From NCBI RefSeq assembly GCF_050920415.1, contig NZ_CP169309.1: a stretch of 64,000 nucleotides of DNA, one strand, 5' to 3'. Both the position numbers and the translations under genes were made by a program. The DNA is from Escherichia coli (GTDB lineage: Bacteria; Pseudomonadota; Gammaproteobacteria; Enterobacterales; Enterobacteriaceae). Under the pieces are notes generated by a model. That model ran no database searches. It saw only the letters and a list, made by a program, of their open reading frames with translations, and was not told the DNA's origin. Shown piece after piece: positions 1 to 10,005 of this stretch (positions are counted from its first letter, which is position 1; each line of letters begins with the position of its first letter).

Positions 1-564
1 CAGACGGCGATGTCTATCCATGTAATGCAGGGTGAGCGTGAGCTGGTGCAGGACTGCCGCTCGCTGGCACGTTTTGCGCTGCGTGGTATTCCGGCGCTAC
101 CGGCTGGCGGCGCGCATATTCGCGTAACGTTTCAGGTCGATGCTGATGGTCTTTTGAGCGTGACGGCGATGGAGAAATCCACCGGCGTTGAGGCGTCTAT
201 TCAGGTTAAACCGTCTTATGGTCTGACCGACAGTGAAATCGCCTCGATGATCAAAGACTCAATGAGCTATGCCGAGCAGGACGTAAAAGCCCGTATGCTG
301 GCTGAACAAAAAGTAGAAGCGGCGCGTGTGCTGGAAAGTTTGCACGGCGCGCTGGCTGCTGATGCCGCGCTGTTAAGCGCCGCAGAACGTCAGGTCATTG
401 ACGATGCTGCCGCTCACCTGAGTGAAGTGGCGCAGGGCGATGATGTTGACGCCATCGAACAAGCGATTAAAAACGTAGACAAACAAACCCAGGATTTCGC
501 CGCTCGCCGCATGGACCAGTCGGTTCGTCGTGCGCTGAAGGGCCATTCCGTGGACGAGGTTTAA
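1..564 (+). CDS. hscA: Fe-S cluster chaperone HscA, C-terminal part (5' end lies before the window)
   Basis: In-frame ORF running from window start to stop at 564; translation matches the HscA C-terminal helical lid region; followed by fdx and iscX as in the isc operon. Confidence 0.85.
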
Positions 565-565
565 T

Positions 566-901
566 ATGCCAAAGATTGTTATTTTGCCTCATCAGGATCT
601 CTGTCCTGATGGCGCTGTTCTGGAAGCGAATAGCGGTGAAACCATTCTCGACGTTGCGCTGCGTAACGGCATCGAGATTGAACACGCCTGTGAAAAATCC
701 TGTGCTTGCACCACCTGCCACTGCATCGTTCGTGAAGGTTTTGATTCGCTGCCGGAAAGCTCAGAGCAGGAAGACGACATGCTGGACAAAGCCTGGGGGC
801 TGGAGCCGGAAAGCCGTTTAAGCTGCCAGGCGCGCGTTACCGACGAAGATTTAGTGGTCGAAATCCCGCGTTACACTATCAACCATGCGCGTGAGCATTA
901 A
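566..901 (+). CDS. fdx: [2Fe-2S] ferredoxin of the isc operon
   Basis: 111 aa, cysteine motifs [12 protein letters not shown], positioned between hscA and iscX. Confidence 0.9.
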
Positions 902-912
902 CAGAGGTTAGT

Positions 913-1113
913 ATGGGACTTAAGTGGACCGATAGCCGCGAAATTGGCGAAGCACTGTACGATGCATATCCCGATCTTGATCCGAAAACGGTTCGATTCA
1001 CCGATATGCATCAGTGGATTTGCGATCTGGAAGATTTCGACGACGACCCGCAGGCGTCCAACGAGAAAATCCTCGAAGCGATTTTATTAGTCTGGCTGGA
1101 CGAAGCCGAGTGA
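913..1113 (+). CDS. iscX: Fe-S assembly protein IscX (YfhJ)
   Basis: 66 aa acidic protein immediately after fdx; conserved isc operon synteny. Confidence 0.85.
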
Positions 1114-1290
1114 TTTCCGCGTCATGCTTCACGCCGCAGATGCGTTGGCTGCGCTCGTTCACCCCAGTCACATAGTTATCTATGCTCCTGGGGCTTCACT
1201 CACTTGCCGCCTTCCTGCAACGCGAATCATTTAGCGGAAAAATCCTGGGGCTGCCAACTGGCGGCCCTTTTACAAATAAGGATAACTAAA

Positions 1291-2574
1291 ATGACAGAAG
1301 CGATGAAGATTACCCTCTCGACCCAACCTGCCGACGCGCGCTGGGGAGAAAAAGCGACTTACAGCATTAATAATGATGGTATTACCCTGCATTTGAACGG
1401 GGCAGACGATCTGGGGCTGATCCAGCGTGCGGCGCGCAAGATTGACGGTCTGGGCATCAAGCATGTTCAGCTAAGCGGTGATGGCTGGGATGCGGATCGT
1501 TGCTGGGCATTCTGGCAAGGTTACAAAGCCCCGAAAGGCACGCGTAAAGTGGAGTGGCCGGATCTGAACGATGCCCAGCGTCAGGAATTGGATAACCGCC
1601 TGATGATCATCGACTGGGTGCGTGACACCATCAACGCACCGGCAGAAGAACTGGGGCCATCGCAACTGGCACAGCGTGCTGTTGATCTGATCAGCAACGT
1701 CGCAGGCGATCGTGTGACTTACCGGATCACCAAAGGTGAAGATCTTCGTGATCAAGGTTATATGGGGCTGCACACTGTCGGGCGTGGTTCAGAACGTTCC
1801 CCGGTATTGCTGGCGCTGGATTATAACCCAACTGGCGATAAAGAAGCGCCGGTGTACGCGTGCCTGGTAGGTAAAGGCATCACCTTTGATTCCGGCGGCT
1901 ACAGCATCAAACAGACCGCGTTTATGGACTCAATGAAGTCTGACATGGGCGGTGCGGCAACGGTTACCGGGGCGCTGGCATTTGCCATTACGCGCGGTCT
2001 GAACAAGCGCGTGAAGCTGTTCCTCTGCTGTGCGGATAACCTGATTAGCGGCAACGCGTTCAAACTGGGGGATATCATTACCTATCGCAACGGTAAAAAA
2101 GTCGAAGTCATGAACACCGATGCGGAAGGGCGTCTGGTTCTGGCAGATGGACTGATTGACGCCAGTGCGCAGAAACCGGAACTGATTATCGATGCCGCGA
2201 CACTCACCGGTGCGGCGAAAACCGCGCTGGGTAATGATTATCACGCGCTGTTCAGTTTTGACGATGCGCTGGCCGGTCGCCTACTGGAGAGTGCCGCCCA
2301 GGAGAACGAACCGTTCTGGCGTCTGCCGCTGGCGGAGTTCCACCGTAGCCAGCTGCCATCTAACTTTGCGGAACTGAACAATACCGGAAGTGCGGCGTAT
2401 CCGGCGGGTGCAAGTACGGCGGCGGGCTTCCTGTCGCACTTTGTTGAGAACTATAAACAAGGTTGGCTGCATATCGACTGTTCGGCGACTTACCGTAAAG
2501 CACCAGTTGAACAGTGGTCTGCGGGTGCGACCGGGCTGGGTGTGCGCACGATTGCTAATCTGTTAACGGCGTAA
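1291..2574 (+). CDS. pepB: Peptidase B (M17 leucyl aminopeptidase family)
   Basis: ORF 1204-2574; likely ATG at 1291 (MTEAMKITL...) gives 427 aa; M17 motifs NTDAEGRL and catalytic domain. Confidence 0.9.
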   Translation: MTEAMKITLSTQPADARWGEKATYSINNDGITLHLNGADDLGLIQRAARKIDGLGIKHVQLSGDGWDADRCWAFWQGYKAPKGTRKVEWPDLNDAQRQELDNRLMIIDWVRDTINAPAEELGPSQLAQRAVDLISNVAGDRVTYRITKGEDLRDQGYMGLHTVGRGSERSPVLLALDYNPTGDKEAPVYACLVGKGITFDSGGYSIKQTAFMDSMKSDMGGAATVTGALAFAITRGLNKRVKLFLCCADNLISGNAFKLGDIITYRNGKKVEVMNTDAEGRLVLADGLIDASAQKPELIIDAATLTGAAKTALGNDYHALFSFDDALAGRLLESAAQENEPFWRLPLAEFHRSQLPSNFAELNNTGSAAYPAGASTAAGFLSHFVENYKQGWLHIDCSATYRKAPVEQWSAGATGLGVRTIANLLTA

Positions 2575-2582
2575 ACTAATAT

Positions 2583-2681
<99 letters not shown>

Positions 2682-2716
2682 CTTGTGCCCCGAACGTTGA
2701 ATGAATTGTGGTTCTT

Positions 2717-3493
2717 ATGTCCGAAACAAAAAACGAACTTGAAGACCTGCTGGAAAAAGCAGCAACTGAACCGGCGCACCGTCCGGCCTTTTTCCGTACT
2801 CTACTGGGATCCACCGTCTGGGTGCCTGGTACGGCGGCGCAGGGCGAGGCTGTGGTTGAAGATAGCGCGCTTGATTTACAGCACTGGGAAAAAGAAGACG
2901 GCACCAGCGTCATTCCTTTTTTCACCTCGTTAGAAGCACTTCAACAGGCGGTTGAAGACGAACAGGCATTTGTCGTAATGCCCGTTCGCACATTGTTTGA
3001 GATGACCCTTGGCGAAACGCTCTTCCTTAATGCCAAACTGCCAACCGGTAAAGAATTTATGCCGCGTGAAATCAGTTTGCTGATTGGTGAAGAAGGGAAT
3101 CCGCTGAGCAGTCAGGAAGTACTGGAAGGCGGTGAATCGCTGATATTATCGGAGGTTGCAGAGCCGCCAGCGCAAATGATTGATTCACTTACCACCTTAT
3201 TTAAAACCATTAAGCCGGTGAAGCGTGCTTTTATTTGTTCAATTAAAGAGAACGAAGAGGCACAGCCTAATTTACTTATTGGCATTGAAGCCGATGGTGA
3301 TATCGAAGAAATTATTCAGGCGGCGGGAAGTGTAGCGACCGATACATTACCTGGCGATGAACCCATCGATATTTGTCAGGTGAAAAAAGGGGAAAAAGGA
3401 ATTAGCCACTTTATTACCGAACATATTGCGCCATTCTATGAACGTCGCTGGGGGGGATTCCTGCGTGATTTTAAACAGAATCGAATAATTTAA
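2717..3493 (+). CDS. sseB: Enhanced serine sensitivity protein SseB
   Basis: ORF 2708-3493; ATG at 2717 gives 258 aa; conserved neighbour of pepB and sseA. Confidence 0.85.
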   Translation: MSETKNELEDLLEKAATEPAHRPAFFRTLLGSTVWVPGTAAQGEAVVEDSALDLQHWEKEDGTSVIPFFTSLEALQQAVEDEQAFVVMPVRTLFEMTLGETLFLNAKLPTGKEFMPREISLLIGEEGNPLSSQEVLEGGESLILSEVAEPPAQMIDSLTTLFKTIKPVKRAFICSIKENEEAQPNLLIGIEADGDIEEIIQAAGSVATDTLPGDEPIDICQVKKGEKGISHFITEHIAPFYERRWGGFLRDFKQNRII

Positions 3494-3494
3494 A

Positions 3495-3948
3495 ATATGC
3501 CGCCCCAAAGGGCGGCATTCGGGCTTACTTGCTGTTCTGAAGGTTGTTAACCATCAGTAAATTGTTGCCGGAGGGACTCCGGTTATTATTTACCTCGGTT
3601 AACAGCGCACCAGAAACAATAAGTACGATACAGAAGTACCGTATCTTCATTGTGCGGTCCATGCGAAGACCGCATCACGACAGCACCACTGGCGATATTG
3701 CCGCGATAGCAAGCGCTGTGGGGTGCCTGCATTTACGGTCATGGAACATCCTTTCCTAAAGCCAGCGCCCGTTTGCGAGACGGCGAAAAGGGCCGTCACG
3801 AATAATACCCTCATATTTGAATAATTACTCTATTTATTATCTTGACTTAGCCAGGCATAAAAGAGAGTATTTCAACACTGTGGGGTGCCTGCGTTGCTCC
3901 GGCAACACAAGTCAACCTGCTGGAAAGGCCGCGAACCAGACCAGCAAT
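3495..3948. ncRNA. ryfA: Intergenic region expected to carry the RyfA small RNA (boundaries and strand not resolved)
   Basis: Recollection that ryfA lies between sseB and sseA in E. coli K-12; region has hairpins (3499-3516, 3651-3675), a 15-nt direct repeat ctgtggggtgcctgc at 3715 and 3878, and is flanked by a bidirectional terminator. Confidence 0.3.
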
Positions 3949-3976
3949 AAAAAACCGCCAAATTCGGCGGTTTTTT
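3949..3976. terminator. Bidirectional rho-independent terminator (aaaaaaccgccaaattcggcggtttttt)
   Basis: GC stem with A-tract upstream and T-tract downstream, just past the sseA stop. Confidence 0.65.
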
Positions 3977-3992
3977 ATTGCCTGTAAAAAGC

Positions 3993-4838
3993 TTATTTCT
4001 CTGGCTCAACCGGTAAATCGGCCCGTGCGCCCCATTCACTCCATGCGCCGTCGTACAGTTTCACGTTTGGCACATCCAGCGTCGCGAGTGCTAACAAAAC
4101 CACGGCTGCCGTTACACCAGAACCGCAACTGACGATAATTGGTTTGTCGTAGCTGACACCGCGACCAAAAAATATCGCATCCAGTTCATCGGTCGTTTTT
4201 AGTTCGCCTTCACGTACCAGTTCTGTCCACGGAACGTTCAACGCGCCGGGAATGTGCCCGCGACGTAAACCTGGGCGAGGTTCATCAACTTCTGCATTAA
4301 AACGTGCAGCCGGGCGGGCATCAATAATTTGCGCCGTATTTTCATGGCTTGCCAATAACACATCGGTTACTTTCACCACAGCCTCAGGATTAAACGCAGC
4401 GTTAAACTCACCTTCTCGCAGCGCTACTGCACCTTCTTCTAATAACAGATCATCACGCTGCCAACCTGCAAGTCCACCACCCAGAATCGACACTTTCTCT
4501 ACACCAAAGGTGCGCAGCATCCACCATGCGCGTGGGGCTGAGAAAAGATTACCTTCGTCATAGACAATCAGGTGCTTATCCTGGTTAACGCCTAACTCAC
4601 GCATTGCAACGGCGAACGTTTCCGGGCGCGGCAGCATGTGCGGAAGCGGGGAATTGTGATCAGAAAGCGCTTCGATATCGAAAAACACTGCGCCGGGAAT
4701 ATGTCCATTCAGATACTCCTGGGCAACGTTACGATCTTCCTGTCCAGGCGGTGCCATGCGGGCATCGATAATCTGAATTTCCGGGTCATCAATATGTTCG
4801 GCGAGCCAGTCGGCTCCTACAAACCATGTCGTGGACAT
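3993..4838 (-). CDS. sseA: 3-mercaptopyruvate sulfurtransferase (tandem rhodanese domains)
   Basis: ORF 3993-4850; start at MSTTWFVGADWL (4838) gives 281 aa; active-site CGSGVTA motif. Confidence 0.9.
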   Translation of the reverse strand: MSTTWFVGADWLAEHIDDPEIQIIDARMAPPGQEDRNVAQEYLNGHIPGAVFFDIEALSDHNSPLPHMLPRPETFAVAMRELGVNQDKHLIVYDEGNLFSAPRAWWMLRTFGVEKVSILGGGLAGWQRDDLLLEEGAVALREGEFNAAFNPEAVVKVTDVLLASHENTAQIIDARPAARFNAEVDEPRPGLRRGHIPGALNVPWTELVREGELKTTDELDAIFFGRGVSYDKPIIVSCGSGVTAAVVLLALATLDVPNVKLYDGAWSEWGARADLPVEPEK

Positions 4839-5043
4839 AGGCATCTCCATTTTTGCCGGGTTAGGCTAAATTGTCGGATGTTTAGTGAAAAGCGACAAGC
4901 AAAAGAGGCTAATTTGGCTGTCTGAGCCACAATTCTCACTAAAATTCGGATTCCATGGGCACGATACTGAATTACATAACGTAAATTCTCACGCATAATA
5001 ATTATTCGACGTTGCTAACGGGCCATTGTGGCAGGGATGAAAA

Positions 5044-8000
5044 ATGAAAAAGTTACGCGTAGCCGCCTGCATGCTAATGCTGGCGCTGGCAGGGTGCGAC
5101 AACAACGATAACGCGCCAACAGCGGTGAAAAAAGATGCACCTTCTGAAGTTACTAAAGCGGCATCTTCAAAAAACGCGAGTTCAGCAAAACTCTCTGCAC
5201 CGGAGAGACAAAAACTGGCACAACAGAGTGCCGGTAAGGCGCTGACATTGCTGGATCTCTCTGAAGTCCAACTCGATGGCGCAGCCACGCTGGTGCTGAC
5301 CTTCTCTATCCCTCTCGACCCGGATCAGGATTTCTCGCGCGTTATTCACGTCGTCGATAAAAAAAGCGGCAAAGTGGATGGGGCCTGGGAGCTGTCAGAT
5401 AATCTTAAAGAGCTGCGTTTATGCCACCTCGAGCCGAAACGTGATTTGATCGTTACTATTGGCAAGGAGGTCAAGGCACTCAACAACGCAACCTTCAGTA
5501 AAGATTACGAAAAAACTATAACTACCCGCGATATCCAGCCCAGCGTCGGTTTTGCCAGCCGTGGTTCGCTGCTGCCTGGAAAAGTCATTGAAGGGCTGCC
5601 GGTAATGGCGCTCAATGTTAACAATGTCGATGTTAACTTCTTCCGTGTTAAGCCAGAATCTCTGCCAGCATTTATTAGCCAATGGGAATACCGAAATTCG
5701 CTGGCGAACTGGCAGTCAGACAAACTGCTGCAAATGGCGGATCTGGTTTATACCGGACGTTTTGATCTCAATCCTGCGCGTAACACCCGTGAAAAATTAT
5801 TGCTGCCGCTGGGTGATATCAAACCGCTTCAGCAGGCGGGTGTGTATCTGGCTGTGATGAATCAGGCTGGACGTTACGATTACAGTAATCCCGCGACGCT
5901 GTTTACATTAAGTGATATCGGCGTATCGGCCCACCGTTATCACAATCGTCTGGATATCTTTACCCAAAGCCTGGAAAACGGCGCGGCCCAGCAAGGAGTT
6001 GAAGTCTCATTATTAAATGAGAAAGGGCAGACTCTGACTCAGGCAACCAGTGATGCCCAGGGGCATGTGCAGCTGGAAAATGATAAAAACGCGGCATTAC
6101 TGTTGGCGCGTAAAGACGGTCAGACAACGCTACTCGATTTAAAACTTCCGGCGCTGGACTTAGCAGAATTTAACATTGCTGGCGCGCCAGGCTATAACAA
6201 ACAGTTTTTCATGTTTGGCCCGCGCGATCTTTATCGCCCGGGTGAAACAGTCATCCTTAATGGTTTATTGCGTGATGCAGACGGTAAAGCGTTGCCCGAT
6301 CAACCCATCAAGCTGGACGTAATTAAACCCGACGGGCAGGTACTCAGGAGCGTCGTTAGTCAGCCGGCGAATGGCCTCTATCACTTTACCTGGCCACTCG
6401 ATAGTAATGCGGCCACCGGCATGTGGCATATCCGAGCCAACACGGGCGATAACCAGTATCGGATGTGGGATTTCCACGTCGAAGATTTTATGCCAGAGCG
6501 CATGGCGCTGAATCTGAACGGTGAGAAAACCCCGCTAACGCCGAAAGATGAAGTGAAATTCTCCGTGGTGGGTTACTACCTGTACGGGGCGCCTGCTAAT
6601 GGTAATACTTTGCAAGGGCAACTTTTCCTGCGCCCACTGCGTGAAGCTGTGTCAGCCTTACCTGGTTTCGAATTCGGCGATATAGCTGCTGAAAACCTTT
6701 CGCGCACGCTGGATGAAGTTCAGTTGACGCTGGATGATAAAGGGCGCGGCGAAGTTTCTACAGAAAGCCAGTGGAAGGAAACGCATTCCCCATTACAGGT
6801 TATTTTCCAGGGCAGTTTGCTGGAGTCTGGCGGTCGCCCGGTGACGCGCCGTGCTGAGCAGGCTATCTGGCCTGCCGATGCATTGCCGGGGATCCGTCCG
6901 CAATTCGCCTCGAAATCGGTTTACGATTATCGCACTGACAGTACGGTAAAACAGCCCATTGTTGATGAAGGCAGTAACGCCGCTTTTGACATCGTATATA
7001 GCGATGCACAGGGCGTCAAAAAAGCTGTGTCTGGCTTACAAGTGCGCCTGATTCGCGAACGCCGCGATTACTACTGGAACTGGTCAGAAGATGAAGGCTG
7101 GCAGTCACAGTTTGATCAAAAAGATCTGATCGAAAATGAACAAACACTGGATCTTCAGGCTGATGAAACCGGTAAAGTCAGTTTCCCGGTAGAGTGGGGC
7201 GCTTATCGTCTGGAAGTCAAAGCGCCGAATGAAGCGGTCAGTAGTGTGCGTTTCTGGGCTGGCTATAGCTGGCAGGACAATAGCGACGGTAGCGGTGCTG
7301 TGCGACCAGACCGTGTCACGCTGAAACTGGATAAAGCCAGTTATCGCCCTGGTGATACCATTAAGTTGCACATTGCCGCGCCAACGGCGGGTAAAGGCTA
7401 TGCGATGGTCGAGTCCAGTGAAGGGCCGCTGTGGTGGCAGGAGATTGATGTTCCGGCACAAGGGCTGGATCTGACGATTCCGGTCGATAAAACCTGGAAT
7501 CGTCATGATCTTTATTTAAGTACACTGGTGGTACGTCCTGGCGATAAATCCCGCTCCGCGACGCCAAAACGCGCAGTTGGCGTGTTGCATTTGCCGCTTG
7601 GCGATGAAAACCGTCGTCTCGATCTGGCGCTGGAAACTCCAGCGAAAATACGCCCCAATCAGCCATTAACCGTGAAAATTAAAGCCAGCAATAAAAATGG
7701 TGAGATGCCAAAACAGGTGAATGTGCTGGTGTCTGCGGTTGATAGCGGTGTGCTGAATATTACTGATTATGTCACGCCAGATCCGTGGCAGGCATTCTTT
7801 GGTCAGAAACGCTATGGCGCAGATATTTACGATATTTACGGTCAGGTCATTGAAGGTCAGGGGCGTCTGGCAGCTCTGCGTTTTGGTGGCGATGGTGATG
7901 AACTGAAACGCGGGGGTAAACCGCCAGTAAATCACGTCAATATTGTTGCGCAACAGGCGCTACCGGTAACACTCAACGAACAGGGCGAAGGCACGGTTAC

Positions 8001-10005
8001 ATTGCCGATTGGTGATTTTAACGGTGAATTGCGCGTCATGGCACAAGCATGGACGGCAGATGATTTCGGTAGCAACGAAAGCAAAGTGGTTGTTGCCGCA
8101 CCGGTGATAGCAGAACTGAACATGCCGCGCTTTATGGCCGGCGGTGACACCTCACGTCTGACACTGGATATCACTAATCTTACCGAAAAACCGCAAAAAC
8201 TGAACGTTGCTCTGACCGCCAGTGGCTTGCTTGAACTGGTTAGCGATTCACCCGCAGCCGTTGAATTAGCGCCGGGCGTGCGAACCACGCTGTTTATCCC
8301 GGTGCGAGCATTGCCGGGTTATGGTGATGGTGAAATTCAGGCCACTATTAGCGGGTTAGCGTTACCGGGCGAAACCGCTGCCGATCAGCATAAGCAGTGG
8401 AAAATGGGTGTCCGTCCGGCATTTCCGGCACAAACCGTCAATTACGGTACGGCGTTGCAGCCTGGTGAGACATGGGCGATTCCAGCTGATGGATTGCAAA
8501 ACTTCTCGCCTGTTACGCTGGAAGGGCAATTGTTGTTGAGCGGCAAACCACCGTTGAATATTGCACGTTATATCAAAGAGTTAAAAGCGTATCCGTACGG
8601 TTGTCTGGAGCAAACCGCCAGCGGCCTGTTCCCGTCACTTTACACCAACGCAGCCCAACTGCAGGCGTTGGGAATCAAAGGCGACAGTGATGAGAAGCGC
8701 CGTGCGGCAGTCGATATCGGCATTTCTCGTTTACTGCAAATGCAACGTGATAACGGTGGCTTTGCGCTGTGGGATAAAAACGGTGATGAAGAGTACTGGC
8801 TGACGGCTTACGTGATGGATTTCCTGGTCCGCGCAGGTGAGCAGGGTTACAGCGTGCCGACAGAAGCCATTAACCGGGGGAATGAGCGTCTACTGCGCTA
8901 TTTACAAGATCCGGGCATGATGTCGATTCCGTATGCGGATAATCTCAAAGCCAGTAAATTCGCCGTACAGTCTTACGCTGCGCTGGTGCTGGCCCGTCAG
9001 CAAAAGGCACCGCTGGGTGCGCTGCGTGAAATCTGGGAGCATCGTGCCGATGCTGCGTCTGGATTACCGCTGCTGCAACTTGGCGTTGCGCTGAAAACCA
9101 TGGGCGATGCAACGCGTGGTGAAGAAGCGATTGTGCTGGCGCTGAAAACGCCGCGCAATAGTGATGAGCGGATATGGCTGGGTGATTACGGTAGTCCACT
9201 GCGCGACAACGCATTGATGCTCTCCTTGCTGGAAGAGAACAAATTGCTACCCGATGAGCAGTACCCTCTGCTGAACACACTTTCGCAGCAGGCGTTCGGT
9301 GAACGCTGGTTATCAACTCAGGAAAGTAACGCGTTGTTCCTGGCTGCCCGTACGATTCAGGATTTACCGGGCAAATGGCAGGCGCAAACGTCTTTCTCTG
9401 CTGAGCTGCTGACAGGTGAGAAAGCGCAAACCAGCAATCTGAATAGCGATCAACTTGCCACCTTACAGGTGACCAACAGTGGCGATCAGCCGTTATGGCT
9501 GCGTGTGGATGCCAGCGGTTATCCGCAATCCGCCCCTTTACCGGCGAGCAATGTGCTGCAAATCGAGCGCCATATTCTTGGCACTGACGGTAAGAGCAAA
9601 TCGCTGGATTCGTTACGTAGCGGCGATCTGGTACTGGTCTGGTTGCAGGTCAAAGCCAGTAACAGCGTGCCGGATGCTTTGGTCGTTGATTTACTGCCTG
9701 CTGGCCTGGAACTGGAAAACCAGAACCTGGCTAACGGCAGCGCCAGCCTGGAGCAAAGTGGTAGCGAAGTGCAAAACCTACTCAGTCAAATGCAACAAGC
9801 GAACATTAAGCATATTGAGTTTCGTGACGATCGCTTTGTGGCGGCGGTTGCCGTTGATGAATATCAACCAGTCACGCTGGTGTATCTGGCGCGGGCGGTA
9901 ACGCCGGGAACATACAATGTTCCGCAACCAATGGTGGAATCGATGTATGTTCCCCACTGGCGGGCGACTGGCGCGGCTGAAGATCTGTTGATTGTCAGAC
10001 CGTAA
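5044..10005 (+). CDS. yfhM: Alpha-2-macroglobulin family lipoprotein YfhM
   Basis: 1653 aa; lipoprotein signal with lipobox LALAGC; thioester-region motif CLEQ; followed directly by pbpC. Confidence 0.9.
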   Translation: MKKLRVAACMLMLALAGCDNNDNAPTAVKKDAPSEVTKAASSKNASSAKLSAPERQKLAQQSAGKALTLLDLSEVQLDGAATLVLTFSIPLDPDQDFSRVIHVVDKKSGKVDGAWELSDNLKELRLCHLEPKRDLIVTIGKEVKALNNATFSKDYEKTITTRDIQPSVGFASRGSLLPGKVIEGLPVMALNVNNVDVNFFRVKPESLPAFISQWEYRNSLANWQSDKLLQMADLVYTGRFDLNPARNTREKLLLPLGDIKPLQQAGVYLAVMNQAGRYDYSNPATLFTLSDIGVSAHRYHNRLDIFTQSLENGAAQQGVEVSLLNEKGQTLTQATSDAQGHVQLENDKNAALLLARKDGQTTLLDLKLPALDLAEFNIAGAPGYNKQFFMFGPRDLYRPGETVILNGLLRDADGKALPDQPIKLDVIKPDGQVLRSVVSQPANGLYHFTWPLDSNAATGMWHIRANTGDNQYRMWDFHVEDFMPERMALNLNGEKTPLTPKDEVKFSVVGYYLYGAPANGNTLQGQLFLRPLREAVSALPGFEFGDIAAENLSRTLDEVQLTLDDKGRGEVSTESQWKETHSPLQVIFQGSLLESGGRPVTRRAEQAIWPADALPGIRPQFASKSVYDYRTDSTVKQPIVDEGSNAAFDIVYSDAQGVKKAVSGLQVRLIRERRDYYWNWSEDEGWQSQFDQKDLIENEQTLDLQADETGKVSFPVEWGAYRLEVKAPNEAVSSVRFWAGYSWQDNSDGSGAVRPDRVTLKLDKASYRPGDTIKLHIAAPTAGKGYAMVESSEGPLWWQEIDVPAQGLDLTIPVDKTWNRHDLYLSTLVVRPGDKSRSATPKRAVGVLHLPLGDENRRLDLALETPAKIRPNQPLTVKIKASNKNGEMPKQVNVLVSAVDSGVLNITDYVTPDPWQAFFGQKRYGADIYDIYGQVIEGQGRLAALRFGGDGDELKRGGKPPVNHVNIVAQQALPVTLNEQGEGTVTLPIGDFNGELRVMAQAWTADDFGSNESKVVVAAPVIAELNMPRFMAGGDTSRLTLDITNLTEKPQKLNVALTASGLLELVSDSPAAVELAPGVRTTLFIPVRALPGYGDGEIQATISGLALPGETAADQHKQWKMGVRPAFPAQTVNYGTALQPGETWAIPADGLQNFSPVTLEGQLLLSGKPPLNIARYIKELKAYPYGCLEQTASGLFPSLYTNAAQLQALGIKGDSDEKRRAAVDIGISRLLQMQRDNGGFALWDKNGDEEYWLTAYVMDFLVRAGEQGYSVPTEAINRGNERLLRYLQDPGMMSIPYADNLKASKFAVQSYAALVLARQQKAPLGALREIWEHRADAASGLPLLQLGVALKTMGDATRGEEAIVLALKTPRNSDERIWLGDYGSPLRDNALMLSLLEENKLLPDEQYPLLNTLSQQAFGERWLSTQESNALFLAARTIQDLPGKWQAQTSFSAELLTGEKAQTSNLNSDQLATLQVTNSGDQPLWLRVDASGYPQSAPLPASNVLQIERHILGTDGKSKSLDSLRSGDLVLVWLQVKASNSVPDALVVDLLPAGLELENQNLANGSASLEQSGSEVQNLLSQMQQANIKHIEFRDDRFVAAVAVDEYQPVTLVYLARAVTPGTYNVPQPMVESMYVPHWRATGAAEDLLIVRP

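Noticed and set aside
3544-3759. 71-aa plus-strand ORF in the sseB-sseA spacer
   Set aside because: No ATG start or RBS; lies in the probable RyfA sRNA region. Not called as a protein.
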